DNA of 64,000 nucleotides from Sphyrna mokarran. Lineage: Eukaryota. Location: positions 2,790,001-2,854,000 of the forward strand of contig JAGIQG010000043.1 of the NCBI GenBank assembly GCA_024679065.1, given 5' to 3'. Below, one piece after another: positions 11,701-24,915 of the stretch. The notes under the pieces are model-generated. The model did no database searches, was not told the DNA's origin, and was given only the letters and a program-made list of their open reading frames with translations. Made by a program: the position numbers and the translations under genes. The first letter of the stretch is position 1; each line of letters opens with the position of its first letter.

Positions 11701-12569
11701 AGTTCGTCAGTTGATCGAGTGAGAATATTAAACCAGTAAATTCAATGTTCTAGTTTCCTTACGAGAATCTATAGCAATTATTCCAACAGGGAACGTTCAA
11801 AAGAATGAGAAGGAACCGACCTGGTAGACCAGAGCTAGATCCATATATCTTAATGTGAAGGCCCTGGTCGAACGAATTAATGCCACAACAGGTTGGGAGG
11901 TGAACAGAGAGGGCGCTCCTTCCGGAATGATTGAAATGCTCTGCAAAAAAAGCTATGACCTTTAAAGTCAAGGAAAATAGCAGTGAGATTTTCAGCAGAG
12001 AGCGGGGCTTGGCAGCAGATAGAGAAAGACAGAGAGGCGTTGGCTGTGGCCACGCTTGCATGGTGTGACTTTAAGAGAGACGCCTCACTCACAGCCCTTT
12101 TGGGGACTCTGCAAAAGCAGCAATCGCTGGTCGAGATTCTGACCACGTTGAGACAGAAAGTTGTCCGAGACTACAGTTCAATGTGGTTTTTCGTTTGTTT
12201 ACAGTTGAGATGCTACGCCTACCCAACTGCCTCCAGAGATGAGAAGCTGAGACACAATGTAAAACCGCAGACAGTTGGGCATTCATAGTAGATTTAGCTG
12301 CACAGAGAACCTGCTGGTTTACAATTAAGCCATATTACAGGAACCTATTCAAAAGAATATCTGTCACAATTTGGAAGCATTGCTCGTGTTGATTACAATT
12401 TGCAGAAACCCCCTTCTGATTCTCAACAGACGCACTCGTTTCATCTGCAGGTCAGATGAACTGCAGTTTGTACATTCTACACTCAAGCAGCAAATAACTG
12501 CGATTTCCAACATAATTTCAATCAAGTCACACATAATTCATAGAATATTTTCACTTCTTTTAATCTCCC

Positions 12570-14060
12570 GAGAGTGGATTGGAAAGTACCTAGAGCTGGG
12601 GGTTTGGATGGGCAGGAATTTGTAAGATGTGTACTGGAAGGATCGTTGGAACAGTATGTGGCTAGCCCGACTAGAGAAGGGGCGATATTGGATTTAGTTC
12701 TGAGTAATGAGCCAGGGTAGGTGGTTGAGGCAGGCAAGGTCTTGGAAAGAATTATAAGGGATAGGATTTATAAGCATCTAGAGAGGAATAAATTGATTAG
12801 GGATAGTCAGCACGGTTTTGTGAAGGGTAGGGCGTGCCTCACAAACCTTATTGAGTTTTTTGAGGAGGTGACCAAAGAGGTAGATAAGGGTAATGCAGTT
12901 GATGTAGTGTATATGGATTTTAGCAAAGCGTTTGATAAGGTTCCCCATGGTAGGCTACTGCAGAAAGTGCAGATGCATGGGATTGAAGGTGATTTAGCAG
13001 TTTGGATTAGGAGTTGGCTAGCTGATAGAAGACAGAGGGTGGTGGTTGATGGGAAATATTCAACCTGAAGTGCAGTTACAAGTGGTGTACCTCAAGGATC
13101 TGTTTTAGGGCCACTGCTGTTTGTCATTTTTATAAATGACCTAGATGAGGGTGTAGAGGGTTGGATTAGTAAATTTGCTGACGATACCAAAGTGGGGGGA
13201 GTTGTAGACAGCGAGGATGGATGTTACAGTTTGCAGAGGGACATAGATAGGTTGCAGAGCTGGGCCGTAAGGTGGCAAATGGAATTCAATACGGATAAGT
13301 GTGAGGTGATTCACTTTGGTAGGAATAACAGGCATATGCAATATAGGGCTAATGGAAGGACCCTTAATAGTGTTGTCGAGCAGCGGGATCTTGGGGTACA
13401 AGTACATAGCTCTTTGAGAGTTGGCACCCAGGTTGATAAAGTTGTTAAGAAGGTGTACGGTGTGTTAGCTTTTATTGGTAGAGGGATTGAATTTAGGAGC
13501 CGTGAGGTTATGTTATAACTGTACAAAAATCTGGTGCAGCCGCACTTGGAGTATTGCGTACAGTTCTGGTCGCCGCATTATAAGAAAGATGTGGAAGCAT
13601 TGGAAAGGGTGCAGAGGAGGTTTACCAGGATGTTGCCTGGTATGGTGGGAATGCCTTATGAGGAAAGGCTGAGGGACCTGAGGTTATTTTCATTAGAGAG
13701 AAGAAGGTTACGCGGTGACCTAATCGAGGCGTATAAGATGATCAAGGGATTGGATAGGGTGGATAGTGAGAGCCTTTTTCCTCGGATGGTGATGACCAAC
13801 ACGAGGGGACATAACTTTAAATTAAGAGGTGGTAGTTATAGGACGGATGTCAGAGGCAGGTTCTTTACACAGAGGGTGGTGAGGGCGTGGAATGCCCTGC
13901 CTGCAGCAGTTGTGGACTCGCCTACTTTGGGGGCATTCAAATGTTCGGTGGATAGGCATATGGATGATATTGGAATAGTTTAGGTTAGAGGGTCCACTGG
14001 CCGGCGCAACATCGAGGGCCAAAGGGCCTGTACTGCGCTGTAATGTTCTATGTTCTATGT
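12570..14060 (+). mobile_element. CR1-type LINE, RT domain to 3' tail, with internal deletion and stops
   Basis: SQHGFVKGRACLTNL, VYMDFSKAFDKVPH, GVPQGSVLGP and KFADDTK motifs; ttctatg tail. Confidence 0.93.
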
Positions 14061-14064
14061 TGAT

Positions 14065-15630
14065 GTTGTAGTCGGGGAACATGTGGCTAACAGTCTGCAT
14101 TTAGCATTCAGATGGAAAAGAATGCTTGTTGCCCTAGGGGCAGGGTGTTGAATTGGGGGAAGGCTAACTACGGTCGGATTAGGCAGGAACTTAGGGATAC
14201 TGATTTGGAACGGTTGTTTGAGGGTAAGTCCACGCTAGGCATGTGTGACTCTTTGAAGGGAATACTGAAAATGTTGCAAGATAAGTATGTGCCGGCCAAG
14301 AGGAAAGATGGGAAAGGTAGGATTAGAAAGCCGTGGATTACTAGGGATATAGAGGACTTGGTTAGGAAGAAAAGAGAAGTGTACGATAGGTCAAAGCAGC
14401 TGGGAACTGAGACAGCATTGAAGGAATGTAGAGAGAGTATGAGGGAGCTCAAACAGGGAGTTAGAAGGGCAAAAAGGGGGCATGAAATGATTTTGGCGGA
14501 TAGGATTAAGGAAAACCCAAAGGCTTTTTATTCCTATATTAGGAATAAAAGGGTGGTTAGAGGAAAAATCAGACCTCTTACGGACAGAGGAGGGGAACTG
14601 TGCTAGAGCCCGAGGGAATGAATACTTTGCATCGGTATTCACGAAGGAGAGGGGCTTGTTGACTGCTCCCGTCTCTGAGGGAGCTGTGGACCAGTTGAGG
14701 GAAATATCCATACCGAGGGAGGAAGTGTTAGAGCTTCTAGGCAGCATTAAAACGGATAAATCTCCTGGGCCTGATGGCATTTATCCCAGACTGCTTAGAG
14801 AGGTGCGAAGTGAAATTGCTGGGCCTCTGACTCAAATCTTTGTCTCTTCCTTGGACACAGGCGAGGTCCCAGAGGACTGGAGAATAGCTAATATTGCACC
14901 GTTGTTTAAAAAGGATAGTAGGGATAACCCTGGAAATTATAGGCCGGTGAGTTTGACGTCAGCGGTAGGGAAGCTGTTGGAGGGGATTCTTAGAGATAGG
15001 ATGTATAGGCACTTAGAGCGTTGCGATCTGATTAGGGATACGCAGCATGGATTTGTTAAGGGGAGGTGGTGCCTTACAAATCTGGTAGAATTTTTTGAGG
15101 AGGTGACGAAATCGGTGGACGAAGGGCGAGCTGTTGATGTTGTCTATTTGGATTTTAGTAATGCGTTTGACAAAGTCCCTCATGGGAGGTTAGTCGAGAA
15201 GGTCAAGGCAAATGGGATACAAGGACAGGTAGCTAGATGGATAAGCAACTGGTTTGTTAATAGGAACTCAGTAAGAATTTAGCAACACCAATTTATAATC
15301 CAACCGGTTTATTTGATAGTAAAAACGCGAGCTTTCAACACTCTGTGTCTTCTTCAGGCAAATGCATTCAGGCAAATGCAGTGTCAGAACACTGCATTTG
15401 CCTGAAGAAGACACAGAGTGTTGAAAGCTCGCGTTTTTACTATCAAATAAACCGGTTGGATTATAAATTGGTGTTGCTAAATTCTTACTGAGTTCTTACC
15501 ACCCCAATCCAACGCCGGCATCTGTATATCATTGTTAATAGGAGACAGAGAGTAATAGTGGAAGAGTGTTGCTCTAGCTGGAGGTCGGTCACTAGTGGTG
15601 TGCCGCAGGGCTCGGTACTGGGACCTCAGT
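14065..15630 (+). mobile_element. CR1-type LINE ORF2 fragment interrupted by a Penelope-like insertion
   Basis: KSPGPDGIYPRLL, NYRPVSLTS and LDFSNAFDKVPH; the RT sequence resumes after 15543. Confidence 0.9.
15264..15531. mobile_element. Penelope-like terminal-repeat palindrome with hammerhead-ribozyme-like cores
   Basis: ~100-bp perfect inverted arms (15264-15366 and ~15393-15495); CTGAAGA..GAAA core at 15402-15426 and its mirror; TSD TTGTTAATAGGA at 15254-15265 and 15532-15543. Confidence 0.8.
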
Positions 15631-15662
15631 ACCTTATTGAAACGCATAATATAACATAACAT

Positions 15663-16005
15663 ATAAGATGATTAGAGGTTTAGATAGGCTGGAGAGTGAT
15701 AGTGTTTTTCCTAGGATGGAGAAAGATAGCACGAGGGGACATAGCTTTAAATTAAGGGGTGGTGGTTTTAGGACAGATGTCAGAGGCAGGTTCTTTACCC
15801 AGAGGGTGGTTACGGTATGGAATGCCCTGCCTGCTGCAGTTGTAGATGCACCAAGTTTGGTGGCGTTTAAGAGGTTAGTAGATAAGTTTATGGATGAAAA
15901 GGGAATGCTTTAGGTTAGAGGGTCACTGCTTGTTCCTAATTGGTCGGTGCAACATTGAGGGCCGAAGGGCCTGTTCTGCGCTGTAATCTTCTATACTCTA
16001 TGTTC
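15663..16005 (+). mobile_element. CR1-type LINE 3' fragment
   Basis: [27 protein letters not shown] plus tail. Confidence 0.88.
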
Positions 16006-16029
16006 TTCTATTTGTAATATATATATATA

Positions 16030-17055
16030 AATGAATTGGAAGAGGGAGTAAGTGGAGTGATCAGCAAGTTTGCAGACAATACAAAGATGGCTGGACTTGC
16101 GGATAGTGAGGAGCATTGTCAGGCCATACAGCAGGACATAGATAGGCTGGTAGCTTGGGCAGACACATGGCAGATGGAATTCAATCCTGATAAATGTGAG
16201 GTGATGCATTTCGGGAGAAAGAATGGAGGGGGGAGGTATATGATAAGGGGTAGACCTATTAAGAGTATAGAAACGCAGAGGGACCTGGGGGTGCAGGTGA
16301 ACAAGTCTCGGAAGGTGGCAGAGCAAGTGGAGAAGGTTGTGAAGAAAGCAGATAGTATGTTAGCCTTTATAGGAAGGGATATAGAGTACAAGAGCTGGCC
16401 TTTAATGTTGCAGTTGTATAAAACGTTGGTTAGACCTCATTTGGAATACTGCCTCCAGTTCTGGTCGCCTTACTACCGGAAGGGCGTGGAGACTCTGGAG
16501 AGAGTGCAGACGAGGTTTACCAGGATGCTGCCTGATATGGAATATCTGAGTTATGAGGAGAGATTAGGCAAATTGGGACTGTTTTCCTTAGAAAGATGTG
16601 GACTTAGAGGAGATCTGATAGAGGTGTACAAGATTTTGAAGGGGATATATAGAGTAAACAGGGTTAAGCTTTTTCCTAGGATGGACTCAAATAGCACGAG
16701 GGGTCATGGGCTTAGGGTGAGCGGAGTAAGGTATAATTTGGATGCTAGAAGGAGTTCATTCACACAGAGGGTGGTCGGGATATGGAATGCGCTGCCAAGT
16801 AAAGTGGTGGAGGCAGGTACTCTGGAGTTATTTAAGAAATACTTAGATGGGCACATGAACAGAATAGGAATGGAGGGGTATAGAAAACTGATTTAAAATA
16901 GGGATGATGAGCCTTGGGAGTCCCTGGGAAGTGAGTAAATAGATGATGGTTGATATTGATGTATTTATTTTTATCCTACAGTTGCTTTGGTCCACCTGTT
17001 GTCTAACGAGGGGCATACACGCGATGGGTCGTGAAAGGACTGCTCTTGGATCTTT
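16030..17055 (+). mobile_element. CR1-type LINE (second subfamily, different 3' UTR), 286-aa ORF2 C-terminus
   Basis: ORF 16036-16896; the same 3' UTR is found inverted at 46443-46610 and ~6265-6350. Confidence 0.9.
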
Positions 17056-19608
17056 TCCGACAGTATCCTACTGCTTCATGTTGTTCGTGTACGCTAGACC
17101 TGGATCTTCTAATGGGCAACACGACAGCTCAGTGACTATCGCTGTGCTGTGCAGGTACATTGATTTGGGCCTGTGTCTGTGGGAGTTTGCGCATTTTCCC
17201 CGTGCTTGCATGGATTTTCTCCGGGTGCTCCGGTTTCCTCCCACATCCCAAAGATGTGCTCTTAGGCGAATTGGCAAAACAAATTCTCCCTAAATTGTCT
17301 CAAATTTGGTTTTTAAATCCACTGATCTATAAACGTGGACAGGGATCGCAGGTAGAGATGGGAACATCGGGGTGGCGGCGAGGGCTCATTGGGCCGAAGG
17401 GCCTGTTTCCTGTGCAGTTTTGTTCCTTGTTCTTTGTTCTCTTTCTTCGGCAGCTTGCATCAGGAATCATGTGCAATCTCGTTACAGAATGAATCAGATT
17501 GAACACAATTACATTACAACATGCTGGCACAGCTGTTAGCAGTGTTGCCTCACAGTGCCTGGGACCTGGCTTCGAATGCTGCCTTGGGTCACTGTCTGCC
17601 TGGAGTCTGAATGTTCTCCTTATGCCTGCGCAGGTTCCCTCTGGGTGCTCTGTTTTCCTCTCACAGTGTGAAAATGTTGCAGTCTTGGTGGATTGGTCCT
17701 GCTAAATTGTCTCTTTGTGTCCAAAGCTGCATCGTTTAGCCTGATTAGCCATGTAAATTATTCCATAGTGTTCAAACATGTGCACGGTAGGTGGATTGAC
17801 CATACCCAACTGCCCTTTAGTGATTTTCGATGTGCCGGATAGAAAGATTGGTAATGGAAAATTCAGAGGATAGGATCATAGAACACCTGAAATGTAGATT
17901 TCCCCCTTAGTGTCGCGAGGTGCAGAGGCCAAGTGAATGTTCCGCAGCTTCTAGGGGCACTTTATCATTCTGGTATTCCAGTTAATCTGTTCGTGTCGTC
18001 TGGAGGTAGAACTCTCAGTGACTGTATGCGCACTGGCGGGAACATGGAATATGATCAGAGACTGCCTGCAGTGCAGAAGGAAGCACTAATTTACCCAGAT
18101 CCACATCACCCACCTTATCCCCATAACAACGCATAATGAACACGACTAATCCACCTAACCTATACATCATTGGCACTAAGGGGCAATTTAGCACGGCCAA
18201 TCCACCTAACCCGCCCATCTTTGGATACTAAGGAGCAATTTAGCATGGCCAATCCATCTACCCCGCACATCTTTGGATACTAAGGAGCAATTTAGCATGT
18301 CCAATCCACCTAATTTTCACATCTTTAGACAGTAAGGGACAAGTTAGCACGGCCAATCCAGCTAATCTACACATATTTAGACACTAAGGAGCAATTTAGC
18401 ATGACCAATCCAACTAACCTGCTCATTTTGGATACTAATGTGCAATTTAGCACGGCCAATCCACCTAATTTACAAATGTTTACACACTAAGGTACAATTT
18501 GGCACGGCCATTCCATCCTAACCTGCACATCTTTGGACATCATCATTTTCGAAAGAAAATCCTTGCTAAGGAATTCACATCCCGCGAATGAATTGAAATT
18601 TAGCTGAAATAGAAAACATATCACCACACAATTATTGTACTGAAACATTCCCTGAAGACATGCTGCCTATTCATCGCTATGACGCACATTCGATGACCAC
18701 ACTGTGTCAAGTGAATGTGGAATTCACCAGCACACCGCACCAAACTTGTGTCAGACTTTCCATTGCACAACCCGTCATAATTTCCACTGTATCTGAAAGA
18801 GACAAAGCTCTCTGGGTTTGAGCTCAGGTCAACCTGCAGCCATTAACCCTACAGAAACAAACAGGTCCACAAAACATGTAGAAATAGAACGTAAAGATAT
18901 CCAAAGAATTATTATATGCAAGATTCATTTTCTTGCTGTTGCAGGTTTATGTTGAGTAAAAGAGGTAAGAACTATCAGCTAGAATAAGTATTCACACAGT
19001 AAAAACTGTGACCCCATGTTCAGATGAAAGGAACTACTCTGTTCATGCGAGTTTGCTTTGTTTTCCTCACATAAATGCTCAGTAAATTTTCAGTAATGCC
19101 CTTTAGGGAAGGAACTTTCCCTCCCTTATCTGGTTTTCCCGACATGTAGACTCTTGAGCTAGAGTAATGTGACTGATTTTTAACGGCCCTCCAAAAGCAA
19201 CGAGGGATGGCCAAAAAATGGTGGCCCAGCCAGCAACACCCGTGTCTCAAAAATGAACATTCAAAGAAGTTTGTGATGGCTTCATTTTATTTTTACATAG
19301 TAAAATATGATTTTATTTGAACCCTACATATCAGAGCAATGGTTCACTGCACTGTGTTTTCAAAGAGCCAATTTTTCCCTAAATCCTTCGCTCCTTTTCT
19401 CTATTTTCCTCCCTAACTTCCTTTTGTTTCAGAGGGTATTTGATAGTAAACAAGGTGGCTTTGGAATAGAGACACATGTCAGCCAGGCCAGGTGAGAACG
19501 ATAGATTTCTTTCCCTAAACCAGTTGTATTTTACGACAATCCTCATTGGTTAAAAGGTCATCATTAGACTTCTGAACTCTGATTTCTATTGGAGAGAAAA
19601 TCCCGGTT

Positions 19609-19930
19609 GAGGTCATCCTCATGCATGCGGAACTTGGCTATTATTTTGTGTTTGGCGAGTATGCGTTTTCTTTTATCTTGAACACCGCCTTGGAGACCGC
19701 TTACCCATCACTATACATCGCTCCACACACATTGTCTGCACCAGTAAAGACTTGATTAACAGTAAAGACTCGCATTCCAACCATTGTCTTGCAATTGTGT
19801 CTCGATCTATATGGACCGTGCTTGTGAACCCACCTTTCCTCACACCTGAGAAAGGAGCAGTGTTTCAAAGGCTTGTGATTCCAAATAAACCTGCTGGATT
19901 TATCCTGCTGTTGTGAGATTTCTTACTCTC
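19609..19930. mobile_element. Degenerate Penelope-like fragment
   Basis: caaataaacctgctggatttatcctgctgttgtgagatttcttact resembles the termini at 15440-15495 and 46204-46260. Confidence 0.55.
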
Positions 19931-20019
19931 CTTACTTTCTTACACAATATTGAAGATTCATTTCCATGGCAACGTTGTTATCATTGTATTATCATAGAGT
20001 AATATAGAATTCTACAGTG

Positions 20020-20340
20020 CAGAAAGAGGCCCTTCGGCCCATTGAGTTTGCACCGAACACAAGCCAACCCAGGCCCTACCCCCTTATCCCTATACATTAT
20101 ACCCACTAATCCCTCTAACCTACACATCCCTAGACGCTAAGGGGCAATTTCTTAGCATGGCCAATCAACCTGACCCACATATCTTTGGACTGTGGGAGAA
20201 ACCCGAGCACCCGGAGGAAACCCACACAGATACAGGGAGAATGCACAAACTCTACACAGACAATGACCCGAACCGAGAATCGAACCCAGAACCCTGGAGC
20301 TGTAAAGCAACAGTGCTAACCACTGTGCTACCGTGTCGCC
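20020..20340 (-). mobile_element. tRNA-derived HE1-like SINE, near full length
   Basis: A-box (tagcacagtgg) and B-box (ggttcgattc) on the minus strand, central domain and CR1-type tail. Confidence 0.8.
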
Positions 20341-21331
20341 CTACCAGAATGGTAGGATGCGATCTTTATGGAGTATTGCCTTTTTCTCTATTTTATAATT
20401 CAGATGTCACTAATTCTAAGTTTGTGAAGCTTTGCAAGAAAGTTTCACGTTAGCGATCAAGGGGTTCTCTGCACATGGTAACACTGCGTAGGAGTCACAT
20501 CAGTCTAACTGTTTAGTCTTCAATCAAGAGAAGCAATCGGATTTGGTTCAATTTGTAGTTTCACCTATTTAGTAAGTTCCATCTCCCAGACACTGGCAAA
20601 GTGGGTTGCCGATTTAATAGATCTCCCATTTGACTATCCCATTCTTTTTAACGAGATCTTTGTTTATATTATAAATATAAAGGCTGGATGAAATCAGCCG
20701 TTCTGCAAGATCCATGGAGACAGAAACGCAGTTTCACAGACATTCTCTCTTTCCACCATGGCGCTCAGTGTATGCCAATGATTGACCAAAGATCCTTTGA
20801 CAGCACCTTCCAAACTCACGACCACTGCCTTGTAGAAGGACTAGAGCAACTTATGCACGAGAACACCACCATCAGCAAGTTCCCCTTCGAGCCACTCACC
20901 ATCCTCCCTTGGAAACATATTGGCCGTCACACGGCCAACATCCTGGAATTCTCTCCCTAACGGACATTTTGTCAACCTATAGAAGGTGGACTGAAGTCTT
21001 TCAAGAAGTCCGCTCGATTCATTAGGGCCACTGAGGATGGGGAAAGAATTCTGACCATCCAGCGATCACCATATCCCAGGAATGATTTTTTAAAAAGATG
21101 AACATTTTAGATTCATGTGAGTTGTGCAGAATTTGAACTGCGGTGTTGGGTTCTCTGAAACACACCTCAGTTTAGCATGAAGATATTGGAATTAAAAATG
21201 GATACATTGCGAGAACGCGTTACACAGAGTAATCTTATTCCTTCCAACGGATAAAATTATGAGATGGTCTAATCGCCGTGTTTAAGTTTGAAAAATAATT
21301 TGATGAGTTGATGGAGGGAAACAGTGTCCTC

Positions 21332-21430
21332 TGACGGGGGCGGAGTGGGGGGAGGTTTCCATAACATGGAGTCAGAGCTTTTAAATTATTGCCGGAACGT
21401 TTCGGGGTGACGTCAGGGTGCACTTTCCCA
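21332..21430. promoter_or_regulatory. Candidate enhancer or promoter (GC box, NF-kB-like, ETS, CRE)
   Basis: GGGGCGGAG, GGGAGGTTTCC, CCGGAA, TGACGTCA (21408-21415) and GCACTTTCCC within 100 bp. Confidence 0.4.
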
Positions 21431-23009
21431 GTGTGGACTGGTACTGTGGATCACTGTCCCCCAAGAAGATCTTGATGCAAGGATAAATATCATTTTGTTG
21501 GATTATGTTACAGGGCCCCGTGTTCAATTCCAACTCGGACACATGGCAAAAGATAAACACAACACAAAACATTTGGAATCAAATTCTAATGTATAATTAA
21601 AACCAGTTGTTGTAAAAAAAAAGTCCGTGTTGACAAGTCACTCAGTTAGTTCAAGGGCAAATAGGGATGGCCAATGCATACTGGCGAACCGGTGACGCTG
21701 AGATCCCATCAATGAACTAATTGAAGAAATAGTGAAGATTCTCCCTTGGAAAGAAAAGGGCCTCAAGCTTCCAATGTTTGCAATATCGAAATGGCAACGG
21801 ATATACATCATCACCTCAATGAAAAGTCCTTTGATTTTCACTTTCATAATGAACTATTTATTTTATTCAGAAGGCCAATGTCGTTTACATCCATTGATGT
21901 AACAATTCATCAACTGATTTTGTTTATGCTTCACGCTACCTCCGAAAAATAGCGAGGTTATCCAAGGACCCCACTTACCCCGGACAAACTCTCTTCCACT
22001 TACTTCCGTCAGTAAAAGAAATACAGAAGTCTGAGACCAGGTACCAACCAACTTAAGAACAGCTTCTTCCCTGCAGCCAACAGACTTTTGAATGAACATA
22101 CCATTATTAAATGTTCTTTCTCTACACCTATGACTGTAACAATGCATTCTGCACCCTATCCTAACCTTCTCCCCTATGTACTCTCTGAAATGTATGTTTT
22201 GTCAGCAAGAAGCAATAATTTTCAGTGTATCCCAATCCATGTAACAATAATAAATCAAATCAAACCAAATTAAATCAAACATCTCCCATGTTCCCATGAT
22301 CTCCTCATTACAAAATAAACATTATTTCCAGGACAACAGGCCACTGACACAGTGTTTGTAATCTACACCAGTCTGTTCCGATCCGCAGTCTGCCCATCCC
22401 TCCACAACATGATCTATTGTTATCTCCCTCCTGTGTTGATCCAATTTCCCCCTAAATGAGTATCTGATATTCAACTTAACAAAACCCTGTTGTACGGAGT
22501 TCCACATTCTGTGCTATTTCTGGGAAAGGTATTTCTCTTGAACTTAACATTGGATCCATGAGGGAATAACGAGTGCTGGGAGTCCAATGTTCTTGTGTCC
22601 CCTCACTTTCTATACGTATACCCTTTTGAATCTTTCATACATTCCAAGATCTATTTTAGGTCACCCCGCACCCCCCCCCACCCCCAAGTCGAACAAAGAA
22701 CAAAGAACAACACAACACAGCACGGGATACAGGCCGTTCGGCCCAACGAGCCCGCGCCGCCATTTTAACATTGTGAGTGCCCTCTTCTACCTATGACCTT
22801 TGTCTTCGCTTACTGGACTTCACAATAAAGGAATCATACCCAGATTGAGGGATGACTAATTTAGGGACAATTTGCTCATGCTGATGCTAATATCATAACA
22901 TTACATGACTACATTACTGATATCAATCTAATCAAGTTGTTGCCCACAGTTAAACGTTACCCATCCCTTCTATATAGGCATACTGTAACCTGGTAATCCA
23001 GATTCAATG

Positions 23010-23793
23010 AACACATTTATCAACTAACCTCTTAAACGCCACCAAACTTGGCGCATCTACAACAGCTGCAGGCAGGGCATTCCACTCCCTAATCACTCTT
23101 TGAGTAAAGAACCTACCTCTGATATCCGTCCTATAACTCATACCCCTTAATGTAAAGCTGTGTCCCCTAGTGCTAGCTTTCTCCATCCTAGGAAAAAGGC
23201 TATCACTGTCCACCCTATCTAAACCTCTAATCATCTTATATGCTTCAATAAGATCCCCTCTTAGCCGCCTCCTTTCTAACGAAAACAACCTCAAATCCTT
23301 CCACCTCTCTTCATAGGACCTGCCCTCCATACCAGGCAACATCCTGGTAACCCTCCTCTGTACCCTCTCCAATGCCTCCACATCTTTCTTATAATGTGGG
23401 GACCAGAACTGCACACAATACTCCAAGTGCGGCCGCACTAGAGTTTTGTACAGTTGCAACATGATGCTGCGGCTCCTAATTCAATCCCCCTACCAATAAA
23501 AGCTAAGACTCCATATGCCTTCTTAACAACTTTATCCACTTGACTGCCTACTTTCAGGGATCTATTGACACATACACCAAGATCCTTCTGTTCCTCAACA
23601 CTATTAAGAGCCCTACCATTAGCACTATACTCTACACATTTATTGTTCCTGCCAAAGTGCATTACCTCACACTTTTCCACATTAAACTCCATTTGCCACC
23701 TCTCGGCCCAGCTCTGCAACTTGTCCAAGTCACTCTGTAAACTATAACACCCCTCTTCGCTATCTACCACTCCACCGACTTTAGTGTCATCTG
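23010..23793 (-). mobile_element. CR1-type LINE 3' fragment
   Basis: ORFs 23438-23845 and 23004-23462, near-identical to 52330-53110. Confidence 0.92.
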
Positions 23794-24049
23794 CCTCCTC
23801 CTCCTGTCGGAAAAAAAGATACAAATGTCTGAGGTCACCGACCAAGAACTTTTTCTTCCCTGCTGTCGTCAGACTTTTGACCTCTATTATATTAAGTTCA
23901 TCTTTCCCTGCACCTCAGCTACGACTGTAACATTACACTGTGCACTCTCCTTTCTTTCTCTATAAACGGTATGCTTTGGCTGCATTGCGTGCAGGAAACA
24001 ATCCATTTCACTGTACACAAATACATATGACAGTAATAAATCAAATCAA

Positions 24050-24491
24050 ACATTCAGGCTTTCTTCAAATGAAGAGGAAACAGTTGAAACGATCTTAACT
24101 GTGTCATATCCCGGAAAGAGATCGTGAGATCTTAGTTGTTGATGCTCCTGTTGCCGCCGTTTATGCCAATAGATAACTCCTCCATGCCAACCAGCCCATG
24201 TGACAATGCACCTTGTATGTTCATCCAAGCGACAGAGTCCGGATTGCTGGGGTCTGTGGCAAAACTGCGTGAGATACAATACCTGAAAGAGACAAGGTTA
24301 ACACTACCTGTTCTGCTTCGGCAGGAAAGAGAACATCATTCCTCTGAAGTATGGGCAACAACAAAATATAACATACATCATTCTTTCATCAACAAATCAC
24401 ACTGAGTTCAAAAGTTGATGGTTAGCTTTGAACCAATAACCCGTACAAGGGAGGATGAGGAAGAATACACAAGCAGTGAAGGGTAATGCGT
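24050..24491 (-). pseudogene. Decayed leader + 5' V-exon relic of a further IgSF V gene
   Basis: Acceptor ccttgtctctttcAG at 24284-24283, then IVSHAVLPQTPAIRTLSLG*TYKVHC and, after a frameshift, GGVIYWHKRRQQE. A leader-like ALPFTACVFFLILP at 24447-24491 lacks an ATG. The relic is cut by LINE insertions below 24050. Confidence 0.6.
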
Positions 24492-24589
24492 TTTGCTGAT
24501 TGCAGCACAACAGTTGCGACTGCAAAATTGGAAAGGAAAACAAAAATTAGAGCGAGAGCCAATGTGATACTGACCCAGCTAATAGATCA

Positions 24590-24915
24590 TAGAATCCCAT
24601 AGTGCAGAAAGAGGCCCTTCCGGCCATTGAGTCTGCACCGAACACAACCCCACCCTGGCCCTACCCCCATAAATTATACCCACTAATCCTCTAACATACG
24701 CATCACTGGACACTAAGGGGCAATGTGTAGCATGGCCAATTAACCTAACCTGTACATCTTTGGACTGTGGGAGGAAACCGGAGTAGCAGGAGGCAACGCA
24801 CGCTGATACGAGGAGAACGTGCAAACTCCACACAGACAGTGACCCGGGCCGGGAGTCGAACCCAGGACCCTGGAGCTGTAGAAGCAGCAATGCTAACCAC
24901 TGTGCTACCACGCCC
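24590..24915 (-). mobile_element. tRNA-derived HE1-like SINE, near full length
   Basis: Same structure as 20020-20340; further copies at ~26440-26730, 29590-29885, 34580-35110, 37775-38085 and 38680-38995. Confidence 0.8.

Noticed and set aside
20270-20340. tRNA gene
   Set aside because: The A and B boxes belong to a SINE head continuous with the SINE body
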